Part shown: positions 26,862-35,719 of the stretch, piece after piece
How the letters are laid out: every line of letters starts with the position of its first letter
How positions within the stretch are numbered: position 1 is the stretch's first letter
From: a virus
DNA: 64,000 bases
Strand: one strand, 5' to 3'
Virus record (IMG/VR): IMGVR_UViG_3300032753_000003
Coordinates: 135,866 to 199,865 of that record
Notes under the pieces: model-generated
Databases searched by the model: none
Seen by the model: only the letters and a program-made list of their open reading frames with translations
Told to the model about the DNA's origin: nothing
Translations under genes and position numbers: made by a program

Positions 26862-29021
26862 ATGAAGATTCAAACTACGGCGATTGACGAGATTGAACGC
26901 TACGGCGTTGGTACTGATCGTGCGTTCTCGATCAAGTTTGATGCTAAGATGGCCAAGATCCTCGCAGACGGATTGTATTCGGATAAGATCAAGAGTGTGA
27001 TCCGCGAGCTGAGTTGCAATGCATATGACTCACATGTTGAGGCTGGCAAGGCTCATGTGCCGTTTGAAGTTCATATTCCCAACAACCTTGAACCTTGGTT
27101 TGAAGTCAAGGACTTTGGTGTTGGTCTTAGCGATCAGCAGATTCTAGATATCTACACCTGTTACGGTGTTAGCACCAAAACCAATAGCAATGCTGTGATT
27201 GGTCAGCTGGGTCTCGGCAGCAAGAGTCCATTCAGCCTCACTGATGCATTCAACGTGAGTGCTCGCAAGGATGGCATTGAGAACCATTACAGCATGTACA
27301 AGGACGAGTATGGTATGCCCAGCGTGGCACATCTTGGCAGCAATCCTACCACTGATCCCAACGGCGTAACGGTAAAGGTGCCAGTACGCAACGACCAGCG
27401 ATCAGACTTTGTACTTAAGGCAGGCGACATCTACAAGTGGTTCCCAGTCAAGCCCGTCATTACTGGTGCTAGCCAGCGAGATGTCAACTATATCAATTCA
27501 ACCAGCGTCACTAAGGCTGAATTTGAAGGTAACGAATGGGCAGTGTGTGGCGCTCATTCAAAAAGCATTGCTCTCATGGGCACTGTGGCATATCCGCTGC
27601 AGGCTGAGAGCATCAACGGTATTACCAGGACGCATCGGCAGATCCTTCAGGCAGGTGTGGTGCTGAAGTTCAACATTGGTGATCTTGAGGTTGCTGCTAA
27701 CCGTGAGGCTATTGGTTACGATGAACGCACCTGTGCCAACATCCTAGCCAAGCTCGACTTGCTGATTGATGAGTTAGGTGCAATGCTCAAGCAAAAGCTC
27801 ACCAGTGCTACTACTGAATGGGAAGCGCAGAATCTGTATGAAAAGGTGTATGGATACAGTGCTAAGCTAGGGTATGTGTTGCGTAGCATCTATGCCACGG
27901 CTGGAGTTGAATGGAATGGTATTATCCTTTCCGGCGCCGTTCATACAAAGGTCAATGACCTATATGCTATGGATGCAGATGCCAAGAAGATTCTGGGTAG
28001 CATTGGATGTTTAAGGTCTGGGTATTCCCGAGCGCATTATATCACAGATAATCAGCTTGGCATTACGTGCTCGGACAATACTGTGATCGTCTTCAACGAT
28101 CTCGAGCGCGGCGGAATTGCTAGGATCTATAATCATTATCGAAACAAGAAGGTATCAGCTGATCTAAACCATAAAGACCTGTGGATCTTCAGCCCTAGCA
28201 CGTCTCTTACCTGGGACGAAATGAAGGCTAAGCTGGGCAATCCCCAGGTGATTTTTACCAGCTCGTTGCCAAAGACAGAGGTCAAGCGTGCCACTGCTAA
28301 GGTGTTGCACTGGACCAAGCATAGCTATTCTCGAGGCCTGCAGAGCGAGTGGAAAACTTGCTCAGTAGATCTTGAAAACGGTGGATTCTATGTGGATATC
28401 GTTGGTTGGGACGTGCAGATGTTTGGCAAGACTTCTCATTGCGATATGATCCGCTCTGTACTTAGCGATGCCAAGCTTGCTGGCATTATTGACAGCAATG
28501 TTGAAATTTATGCCATGCGCAAAAATTTCAAGGCTACGGTGCAGAAGAATCCCAAGTGGAAAGAACTGTTTAGCTATGTCAAGGACCAAGTTGAAAAGAA
28601 CCTTGTTAACAACAACGTGATTCAGGTCATTGCCGATCACGACGAGTTGAATACATTTGTTGGTAATCATTGGAATTCTTGGGATCACGATCTCAATATC
28701 CAAGATCAGACCAGTCCAATGCTGGAATTTGACAATCTTGTGCGTAGCATCAATCACAGTGCCAAAGCATTGAACAAGACGGATCGTGCGCTGCGGTCAC
28801 TATGCTACGCACTTGAACCGAATGTTAAACCCGCAGCTTCGTGTGGTGTAGCTAAGATGGCCCGCGATATCAGTGCTCGTTATCCAATGTTGAGCTTTCT
28901 CAAGCGACACACTCGCTATGATAACACCTACAAGGATGACATCAGGAAGGCGGCGGATTACATCAACTTTGTTGATGCTACTGATGCTGAATTCCGCAGG
29001 GAAGAACTAAAGGTAGCGTAA
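26862..29021 (+). CDS. rIIA: RIIA-like protein (GHKL ATPase N-domain)
   Basis: LYSDKIKSVIRELSCNAYDSH...DFGVGLS...STKTNSN...IGQLGLGSKSPF; adjacent to rIIB. Confidence 0.92.
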   Translation: MKIQTTAIDEIERYGVGTDRAFSIKFDAKMAKILADGLYSDKIKSVIRELSCNAYDSHVEAGKAHVPFEVHIPNNLEPWFEVKDFGVGLSDQQILDIYTCYGVSTKTNSNAVIGQLGLGSKSPFSLTDAFNVSARKDGIENHYSMYKDEYGMPSVAHLGSNPTTDPNGVTVKVPVRNDQRSDFVLKAGDIYKWFPVKPVITGASQRDVNYINSTSVTKAEFEGNEWAVCGAHSKSIALMGTVAYPLQAESINGITRTHRQILQAGVVLKFNIGDLEVAANREAIGYDERTCANILAKLDLLIDELGAMLKQKLTSATTEWEAQNLYEKVYGYSAKLGYVLRSIYATAGVEWNGIILSGAVHTKVNDLYAMDADAKKILGSIGCLRSGYSRAHYITDNQLGITCSDNTVIVFNDLERGGIARIYNHYRNKKVSADLNHKDLWIFSPSTSLTWDEMKAKLGNPQVIFTSSLPKTEVKRATAKVLHWTKHSYSRGLQSEWKTCSVDLENGGFYVDIVGWDVQMFGKTSHCDMIRSVLSDAKLAGIIDSNVEIYAMRKNFKATVQKNPKWKELFSYVKDQVEKNLVNNNVIQVIADHDELNTFVGNHWNSWDHDLNIQDQTSPMLEFDNLVRSINHSAKALNKTDRALRSLCYALEPNVKPAASCGVAKMARDISARYPMLSFLKRHTRYDNTYKDDIRKAADYINFVDATDAEFRREELKVA

Positions 29022-29028
29022 TTTACGG

Positions 29029-29056
29029 TTGACAGACTAGCAGCATAGTGTAATAT
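29029..29056 (+). promoter_or_regulatory. Early promoter of rIIB
   Basis: TTGACA-N16-TAATAT. Confidence 0.7.
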
Positions 29057-29080
29057 AACTGAAACTTAGGAGAATCCAAA

Positions 29081-30067
29081 ATGGCAGTTGCAGGTATTAT
29101 TGTTGGTAAGAGCTTCATCACTCTCATGGTTGATGGTACTACGCATACCGTAACGGAACAGCATCCAAATTATGCTGCGATCCGTGAGGCAGTCAAGACC
29201 AAGCAGTTAGACGGTATCGAATCGTTGATCAACATCAGCAGCAAGGTTGCTGCATTTGGCGACGGTAAGGTCACTGTTGATAATGGACGAGTTCTCTATG
29301 AAGGTGAGGAGCTACACGGTGCGGTAGTTGATCGCATCCTGGATATGATCCGAGAGGGATTTGATGCTGATCCCATGCTGGCGTTCCTCGAGAACCTCAT
29401 GAAGAATCCCAGCAAGCGAGCAGTGGACGAGCTGTATCTTTGGCTCGAGAAGACCTCGCTGCCAATTACCGAGGACGGTTACTTCCTGGCTTACAAGAAG
29501 GTGCGAGACGACTACAAGGACTATTACACCGGCACTATGGATAACAGTGTTGGACAGGTCCTTGAGATGCCCCGCAACAAGGTTGATGACAATCGCGATC
29601 AGACCTGCAGCTACGGCTTGCATTTCTGTAGCCTAAGTTATCTTCCGAGCTATTATGGAGGTCAGGGCAAGGTAATGATCGTCAAGGTCAATCCGGCAGA
29701 TGTTGTTAGCATCCCAAGCGATTACAACAATGCCAAGGGTCGCGCTTGCCGCTATGAGGTAATTGGCGAGCATGTAAGCGAGACTACTGAAGCATTCAAC
29801 ACGCCGGTTTGGACTGACCTGCATGAGGATGAGGATGATTTTGCAAGCGACGATGACGAGTTTCCAGATGAAGCTCGCGATACATTTGCAGAGGGTTATG
29901 ACGATGGCTATGAGGCTGCACAGAGTGGTTTCTCATATGAACCGGATCCCTATGATCAGGATAGCTTAGATGATTGCAGCATTGCTGAATATCGTCGAGG
30001 TTATGCCAAAGGTTGGAAGGAACGCAAGGTAGAAGAAGCGTCTGAAGCTGACGGCGATATTGACTAA
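29081..30067 (+). CDS. rIIB: RIIB-like protein
   Basis: FLENLMKNPS...ITEDGYFLAYKKVRDDYKD...MPRNKVDDN...TCSYGLH...KVNPADVVSIP.DYNNAKGRACRYEV. Confidence 0.92.
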   Translation: MAVAGIIVGKSFITLMVDGTTHTVTEQHPNYAAIREAVKTKQLDGIESLINISSKVAAFGDGKVTVDNGRVLYEGEELHGAVVDRILDMIREGFDADPMLAFLENLMKNPSKRAVDELYLWLEKTSLPITEDGYFLAYKKVRDDYKDYYTGTMDNSVGQVLEMPRNKVDDNRDQTCSYGLHFCSLSYLPSYYGGQGKVMIVKVNPADVVSIPSDYNNAKGRACRYEVIGEHVSETTEAFNTPVWTDLHEDEDDFASDDDEFPDEARDTFAEGYDDGYEAAQSGFSYEPDPYDQDSLDDCSIAEYRRGYAKGWKERKVEEASEADGDID

Positions 30068-30095
30068 CCGCATTAACCGCATGTAAATTAAACCA

Positions 30096-30127
30096 ACACA
30101 AGCGCAGTGTAAAAACTGCGCTTGTGT
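30096..30127 (+). terminator. Hairpin terminator after rIIB
   Basis: Perfect 13-bp stem ACACAAGCGCAGT/ACTGCGCTTGTGT. Confidence 0.7.
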
Positions 30128-30145
30128 CTTGGTCTAAATTTTTGG

Positions 30146-30173
30146 TTGACAACGCCGCTAGAGATGCTATTGT
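30146..30173 (+). promoter_or_regulatory. Early promoter
   Basis: TTGACA-N16-TATTGT. Confidence 0.8.
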
Positions 30174-30196
30174 AGATCATCAAGCAAGGAGCCGCA

Positions 30197-30622
30197 ATGA
30201 TCAAACCTCGTGATATTCGAGCTATGCAATTGGTGCGCCGCCATGCTATTGACACTGAGCCTGCGTACAATTGCAAGATGGCTGCTGCTATCGCTATCAA
30301 GGGGCAGGTGATCAGTTTGGGGCGAAACAGTCGCCGCACTCATCCAATGGCTGCTAGGTTCAGTAAACATCGAGAAGCCATTTATTTGCATGCAGAAGTC
30401 GCAGCAATTGCCAATACTCTCAACCATGTAGACAAGGAACAATTGCGCCGTAGCACCCTGTACATCCACCGGGTCAAACGGCCTGCGTCTCAGAGTGCAG
30501 AATGGGTGGACGGAATGGCCAAACCCTGCCCTGGGTGCATGGCTGCTATAGCAGCGTTTGGTATCGAAAAGGTAATCTACAGCACTGATGTGCAGAATGA
30601 ATATCAACAGCTTTTTGCGTGA
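30197..30622 (+). CDS. Zn-dependent cytidine/dCMP deaminase-fold protein
   Basis: HAE...PCxxC motifs. Confidence 0.8.
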   Translation: MIKPRDIRAMQLVRRHAIDTEPAYNCKMAAAIAIKGQVISLGRNSRRTHPMAARFSKHREAIYLHAEVAAIANTLNHVDKEQLRRSTLYIHRVKRPASQSAEWVDGMAKPCPGCMAAIAAFGIEKVIYSTDVQNEYQQLFA

Positions 30623-30693
30623 AATAGCATTTACACAGTTATTGTGTATATTAAAAATAATGAAAAAAAGAATGAAAATTCTGCAAATTTTGG

Positions 30694-30721
30694 TTGACTA
30701 ATCTGCTAAACGTGCTATTAT
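30694..30721 (+). promoter_or_regulatory. Early promoter
   Basis: TTGACT-N16-TATTAT. Confidence 0.75.
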
Positions 30722-30755
30722 GCATCATAGACGCTGCGAACAAAGGAGCTTGCAG

Positions 30756-31307
30756 ATGGATAAGGTTTTTGCGGTTGCTGGTGTTTCCACTCTCGAGGGT
30801 GTTGTTAAGGCTCGCTTTGCCAAGGACTTGGCTCGCGTGAAGGTGCTCGAGAAGAACGGGCATACGGCGATCCGATTGGTTGAGCTTCCGTCGGAGATGA
30901 CCAAGGATGCTGCGCTGGCTTGGCTGCGTGGTCACAAGGACTTCCAGGACGCTGCGGCGCAGGCTGCGTTTGCCAAGGATGACGATGTCAAGAAGCCTGC
31001 GGCTGTGAAGGCTGTGCCTGCGCCGGCCAAGAAGGCGGTTGTGGCGCCCGAAGCACCCAAGGTCAAGGTCGAGGTCAAGGTCCGTGAGCCGGTTGCTAAG
31101 GTTGCTGTGGCAGCGACCAAGAAGACCACCAAGGTCTCTCCCGAGAACAAAGATCGTGACACGTTCCTCGCTGAACGCCGCGAGCTGATGCGGCAGACCT
31201 TTGCTCGTATCAAGGAGCGCGAGGCTGAGGAGATTGAGGCCGCTGCTGAGCTCCGCCGTGAGGAGCGCGAGCTTGGTGTTGATAACTACCTCAATGGCAT
31301 TGCCTGA
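30756..31307 (+). CDS. Lys/Ala-rich, probably highly expressed early protein (possible DNA-binding)
   Basis: AAGGAG SD, ATG at 30756; KKPAAVKAVPAPAKKA tract; strongly G/C-ending codons. Confidence 0.75.
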   Translation: MDKVFAVAGVSTLEGVVKARFAKDLARVKVLEKNGHTAIRLVELPSEMTKDAALAWLRGHKDFQDAAAQAAFAKDDDVKKPAAVKAVPAPAKKAVVAPEAPKVKVEVKVREPVAKVAVAATKKTTKVSPENKDRDTFLAERRELMRQTFARIKEREAEEIEAAAELRREERELGVDNYLNGIA

Positions 31308-31704
31308 GATTGCTATAACTGCGGAGGAGGTACTGGTGGCCAACGTCAAGCATGGTAATATCACTCCTCCTCCGCAATGGTGGAAGCATCTTAGAGATTG
31401 GAAGCGTATCTTTTGGAAGAGGGAACGCATGGCGCAGCAACGCAATATTGCAAATGATACCGATGTGTTGGTTCGTGAAGAAGAGTTCGAATGGAAGTTG
31501 ATTAGACCGCAGGATGACGTTTACACAATAGACGAATTCCTTGAACACGTTGACGATCGGCTATTTGTTGATAGCGATGGATTTGGAGAACTTGCGATCG
31601 AAGATCACAAGTCCAACATTGTGGTCTATCCCAGCCGAGCTAGAAAGATTCTAGCCAAATATAATCATCTTGGTATTACGCATATCGTTTGGTATAACCG
31701 TTAA
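31294..31704 (+). CDS. Hypothetical protein
   Basis: Overlaps the previous stop; start uncertain. Confidence 0.55.
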   Translation: MALPEIAITAEEVLVANVKHGNITPPPQWWKHLRDWKRIFWKRERMAQQRNIANDTDVLVREEEFEWKLIRPQDDVYTIDEFLEHVDDRLFVDSDGFGELAIEDHKSNIVVYPSRARKILAKYNHLGITHIVWYNR

Positions 31705-31708
31705 TTGG

Positions 31709-31736
31709 TTGACACTCGCGCAAACGATGCTAGTAT
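31709..31736 (+). promoter_or_regulatory. Early promoter of the RNA ligase
   Basis: TTGACA-N16-TAGTAT. Confidence 0.75.
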
Positions 31737-31755
31737 ACAGTTTAAGAAATAGGGG

Positions 31756-32805
31756 ATGCAGATGAGAAAGCTAGCAACTGTACGCAGGATTGATGATATT
31801 CGATATATCCAGGATGCAGACTCTATTGAGTGTGCAGTTGTTGGCGGGTGGACTGTGGTTGTCAAGAAGGGTGATTACATCGTTGGCGATCTAGCTGTAT
31901 ACGTTGAGATTGACTCTTGGGTTCCACATGACATTGCACCGTTCCTGTCTAAGGGACAGGAGCCTCGTGAGTATGAGGGCATCAAGGGCGAACGGCTGCG
32001 AACTGTTAAACTCAGAGGTCAGTTGAGTCAGGGCTTGCTATTGCCATTGTCGGTCGTGATTGGTAGAGAAAAGTCTGGCAATTTTGAATACACCAGTGAA
32101 GATGATCTCTATGAGGGTGAGGACGTTAGTGACCTGCTGGGTATTGTCAAGTGGGAGGCTCCCATCCCTGCTCAGCTTGCCGGAACGGTGCGCGGGCCAT
32201 TCCCATCCGGCATCCCCAAGACTGATCAGGAACGTATCCAGAACCTGTCAGCAGAGTTAGAGGACTGGAAGGCGCGCAGGCTCAACTGGGAAGTTACCGA
32301 GAAGCTGGACGGAACCAGCATGACTGTGTTCCTTGATAGCAACGGACAGTTTGGAGTGTGCGGCCGCAATTGGGAGCTTGCTGAAACTGATACCAACAGT
32401 CTATGGCGTGCTGCCCGTGCGGATGACCTCGAAACCAAGATGCGCAAATTTGGCAGGGCTATTGCTATCCAAGGAGAACTTGTTGGCGAAGGTATCCAGG
32501 GTAACCCATACAAGCTCAAGGGTCAGCAGTTCTACGTCTATGATGTCTACGATATTGCAGAAGGTCGCTACTGGTCTGCTATGGATCGCTGGGTCTTGAC
32601 TGCCAACTTTGACATCAAGCAGGTACCGTTTATTGGTTCAGGCGAGCTTGATGCGGATATTCCCACGCTATTGCGCTGGGCGGAAGGCAAGAGCAAGCTG
32701 TGTGAGACTGCTGAGCGCGAGGGACTGGTTTACAAGTGCATGGAGGATCCCAGCATCAGTTTCAAAGCTATCTCAAACAAGTTCTTGATCAAGACCGGCG
32801 GCTGA
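31756..32805 (+). CDS. ATP-dependent RNA ligase (Rnl2/DRB0094-type)
   Basis: RKLATVRRI N-domain; KTDQERIQN; motif I TEKLDGTS; IQGE; REGLVYK; SFKAISN. Confidence 0.92.
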   Translation: MQMRKLATVRRIDDIRYIQDADSIECAVVGGWTVVVKKGDYIVGDLAVYVEIDSWVPHDIAPFLSKGQEPREYEGIKGERLRTVKLRGQLSQGLLLPLSVVIGREKSGNFEYTSEDDLYEGEDVSDLLGIVKWEAPIPAQLAGTVRGPFPSGIPKTDQERIQNLSAELEDWKARRLNWEVTEKLDGTSMTVFLDSNGQFGVCGRNWELAETDTNSLWRAARADDLETKMRKFGRAIAIQGELVGEGIQGNPYKLKGQQFYVYDVYDIAEGRYWSAMDRWVLTANFDIKQVPFIGSGELDADIPTLLRWAEGKSKLCETAEREGLVYKCMEDPSISFKAISNKFLIKTGG

Positions 32806-33030
32806 TTGAGTTTTATGTCAGCTGCAACTCAGTTCAAATATCGAGTTAAAATTCTAGACGGTACTCCAACTTTGAAACCAACATACAATGCGTTGCTTTG
32901 GTTGGAATCAAAAGATCTAGAGGCTTGGATAGATTATGATATAGACCTGCACGCAGGACGGTTGGGATACACTAGCTTTTGGTTCCATAACAAAGAACTT
33001 GCATTAGAATTTGCGTTGGTTAATCTCTAA
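32806..33030 (+). CDS. Hypothetical protein
   Basis: 74 aa; similar FxxKExALxFAL end to the next ORF. Confidence 0.5.
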   Translation: MSFMSAATQFKYRVKILDGTPTLKPTYNALLWLESKDLEAWIDYDIDLHAGRLGYTSFWFHNKELALEFALVNL

Positions 33031-33031
33031 T

Positions 33032-33274
33032 ATGGTTGATGTAGAATACAATGATAAATTTCTCGGGATCCTAGAAACTAGAGAGATTCAAATGTGGCCT
33101 TATTCAATCTTCGTCGATAATCCTGCTACCAAAGATATCCAATCATGGCTGTTAGCTCACATAGGTTCAGAAGGCGACAGATGGAAGATGAATTATTTGT
33201 ATATGACCGAAGGCGGTTTGTATAGTTTCAAAAATAGAGAAGATAAGATGCTGTTTGCATTGACTTGGAAGTGA
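33032..33274 (+). CDS. Hypothetical protein
   Basis: ATG at 33032; ends FKNREDKMLFALTWK. Confidence 0.55.
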   Translation: MVDVEYNDKFLGILETREIQMWPYSIFVDNPATKDIQSWLLAHIGSEGDRWKMNYLYMTEGGLYSFKNREDKMLFALTWK

Positions 33275-33319
33275 AATTAGTGTATAAGTATCAGATAATT
33301 CTAGCTTAGGAGATCAATC

Positions 33320-33811
33320 ATGCCAGTAGATGCAGATACGTTGAAAGGATGGTTAGAGCTAATTGCTAAATCAGAAAATGTGCAATATGCCGCTATGGCA
33401 CAAATGGCATTGTCTGGGCACTCTGTAGAGAATCATATGCCGGCTGCATCGGGTCAGGAAGTTGAAATAGATCTACCACCTACGGTTTTCTTCTTTGGCA
33501 ACTATGATGCATACTATTGTACTAAAATAAAGAAGAAGGGTAACCTGATAACTTGCCATGTTGAGAACGGTAATTGGCCTATGATCTATAATTCTGCAAG
33601 CAAGACAATCTATTTCAACTACAACGGTGCAGGTATGGTTATTGAAAACGTCGCAGGGTTTAATAAAGAAATTACGTTTGAATTGGTTGTTGACCAAGAT
33701 CAAGTTAACGCTTGGTTTGATGCTAACCCAAATTATTATGGTCCGCTCAATGATAATATAACTAAAGTTATAGATTGGGCATGGTATGTCAAAGATAACC
33801 TCCCACATTGA
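33320..33811 (+). CDS. Hypothetical protein
   Basis: AGGAG SD. Confidence 0.7.
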   Translation: MPVDADTLKGWLELIAKSENVQYAAMAQMALSGHSVENHMPAASGQEVEIDLPPTVFFFGNYDAYYCTKIKKKGNLITCHVENGNWPMIYNSASKTIYFNYNGAGMVIENVAGFNKEITFELVVDQDQVNAWFDANPNYYGPLNDNITKVIDWAWYVKDNLPH

Positions 33812-33859
33812 ATTGCATACAGATTAAATACGCTATTGTTTTTAACAGGGAATAATAAT

Positions 33860-34276
33860 ATGCAGATCACTTGCGGAGTATTAGTAACAAACGGCACTGA
33901 ACTATTGATATGTCATCCAACCAACGGTGTTATGTGGGATCTACCTAAAGGTAAACGCGATCAAGATGAAGAACTTGTGGATGCTGCTGTTAGAGAACTT
34001 TGGGAAGAAACCAGTTTAAAGGTCCGCCCTGAGCAGCTAGAACCTATTGGTACCTTTCACTACAAGCCCAGCAAGAGACTCTGTTTGTTTTGGTATCGAG
34101 TGTCAGAGATGCCTTCTATAGATGACTGTTATTGCATCAGCATGTTCAATTGGTACGGTAAATCTACTCCAGAGATGGACGGGTTTGACATAGTATCATA
34201 TGCTGAAGCTATGAAACGATTTAACTCTGACATGCGTAGAGTATTAACACCTATTCTTTTTATATCAAATAAATGA
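33860..34276 (+). CDS. NUDIX hydrolase
   Basis: WDLPKGKRDQDEELVDAAVRELWEETSL NUDIX box. Confidence 0.9.
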   Translation: MQITCGVLVTNGTELLICHPTNGVMWDLPKGKRDQDEELVDAAVRELWEETSLKVRPEQLEPIGTFHYKPSKRLCLFWYRVSEMPSIDDCYCISMFNWYGKSTPEMDGFDIVSYAEAMKRFNSDMRRVLTPILFISNK

Positions 34277-34632
34277 GCAACTGTTACATGACATTTCATA
34301 AGACTATTTCGCTAGCAGCTATTTCCGTGTGTCTGTCAATTGGCATTTCTCGTGCGGACGAATGCAACACTTCAAACACGCAACTGGAATTAAACGAATG
34401 TGTTGCATCTAAATACAAGGACGCTGACACAAAGCTGAATGCATTATATGCATCTATTCCAAAGTCTCCAAAACTAGTAGCAGCCGAACGAGCATGGTTA
34501 GCTTACCGAGACGCCGAATGCAGTTACCAAGCTAACCAATATACTGGTGGTTCGCTTGAACTTGTGACCAAGTTGTATTGTTTAAAGTACCTAACTGAAC
34601 AAAGAATTAAAGACTTATCAAACGGTCATTGA
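34273..34632 (+). CDS. LprI/DUF1311 family secreted protein
   Basis: Signal peptide; C...TQLELNECV...AD.KLN..Y...LVAAERAWLAYRDAEC...C...LTEQRIKDL. Confidence 0.8.
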   Translation: MSNCYMTFHKTISLAAISVCLSIGISRADECNTSNTQLELNECVASKYKDADTKLNALYASIPKSPKLVAAERAWLAYRDAECSYQANQYTGGSLELVTKLYCLKYLTEQRIKDLSNGH

Positions 34633-34644
34633 AAGGTAAATCCT

Positions 34645-35211
34645 GTGACTCACATTATGATAGATATTGAAACTAAAGGCAAGAGAGCTGATACTGTAGT
34701 GCTCAGCATTGGTGCGGTAAGATTTGATCCTTATTCCAATGCTGAAATCACAGATACCCTATACCTGCATCCCAATCTAGATCAGCAGGATCTCATGGGC
34801 CGTACTTGTGATCCAGCCACAATGGAATGGTGGGATAAACAGAATAGCATGGTCAAGAACGAAGCATTTATGACAGAAGGTCGATTGCCAGTAGGAGAAG
34901 TGTTAACCAAATTGTCTGAGTTCTGTATGGATGCAGATGCTATCTGGTCCCAGGGTCCACAATTTGATATGGTTATTCTAGAAGATCTCTATCGCAGCCT
35001 TAGCATAAAGAAGCCTTGGCGTTATAATCAAGTTAGGGATAGTAGAACGTTGTTTGCAGTGCTAGGCGACCGTAGGATGAAGGATTCAGCAGATGCGCAT
35101 AACGCATTGATGGATGCCGTTAGCCAAGCTTGGGCTGTGCAACAATGCATGTTGCGTTATCGAGATGTGTTGTCATTGTGGAAACTAACTTACGGTGAAA
35201 AAGACTCTTGA
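34645..35211 (+). CDS. DEDDh 3'-5' exonuclease (DexA/Rv2179c-like)
   Basis: MIDIET...VLSIGAV...WSQGPQFD...WRYNQVRDSRT...AHNALMDA. Confidence 0.88.
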   Translation: MTHIMIDIETKGKRADTVVLSIGAVRFDPYSNAEITDTLYLHPNLDQQDLMGRTCDPATMEWWDKQNSMVKNEAFMTEGRLPVGEVLTKLSEFCMDADAIWSQGPQFDMVILEDLYRSLSIKKPWRYNQVRDSRTLFAVLGDRRMKDSADAHNALMDAVSQAWAVQQCMLRYRDVLSLWKLTYGEKDS

Positions 35212-35248
35212 CAATAGCGTTAAATATGCTAGTATAAGTTAACAAATT

Positions 35249-35326
35249 GGTCCCGTAGCTCAGCTGGACTAGAGCAACAGCCTTCTAAGCTGTGGGTCGC
35301 AGGTTCGAGTCCTGCCGGGATCGCCA
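35249..35326 (+). tRNA. tRNA-Arg(TCT)
   Basis: GGTCCCG/CGGGATC acceptor, loop CTTCTAA, TTCGAGT, CCA; promoter TTGACA-N16-TAGTAT at 35208. Confidence 0.95.
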
Positions 35327-35347
35327 ATTTTTTAGATAGGAAATCAG

Positions 35348-35575
35348 ATGGGTACCATTAATACCAGTAACTTTGGCAGGCGTGATACAGTACAAGTGTA
35401 TTGTACCGATACTGGCAAAACCGTAACTGCTGAATTGGTACGGATGGAAAAGGATAAGATTATTGTGATCCTTCCTGGTCACCAAAAGATGATCCTACAC
35501 AAGACTGCAAAGACAGGATTCTATACCACTACAGTTGCAGGAATGGAATTTACTTGCAATACTCAAGCCAAGTAA
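35348..35575 (+). CDS. Small hypothetical protein
   Basis: AGGA SD, 75 aa. Confidence 0.65.
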   Translation: MGTINTSNFGRRDTVQVYCTDTGKTVTAELVRMEKDKIIVILPGHQKMILHKTAKTGFYTTTVAGMEFTCNTQAK

Positions 35576-35630
35576 GTTTGTTATTGACGTAAGATAAATA
35601 TAGTTGTATATTATTGCATGATAGCAATGT

Positions 35631-35719
35631 GGAAGGGTGGCTGAGTGGTCGAAAGCGGCACCCTGCTAAGGTGTTGTACCTGGTAACGGGTACCGAGGGT
35701 TCGAATCCCTCCCCTTCCA
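35631..35719 (+). tRNA. tRNA-Ser(GCT), no encoded CCA
   Basis: GGAAGGG/CCCTTCC acceptor, loop CTGCTAA, long variable arm, TTCGAAT. Confidence 0.92.

Noticed and set aside
30651..31445. 264-aa antisense ORF and other antisense or overlapping ORFs in the track (e.g. 10-351, 8950-9324, 13962-14234, 62875-63333)
   Set aside because: These are shadows of biased-codon or repetitive genes on the opposite strand, with no SD, promoter or recognisable motifs.
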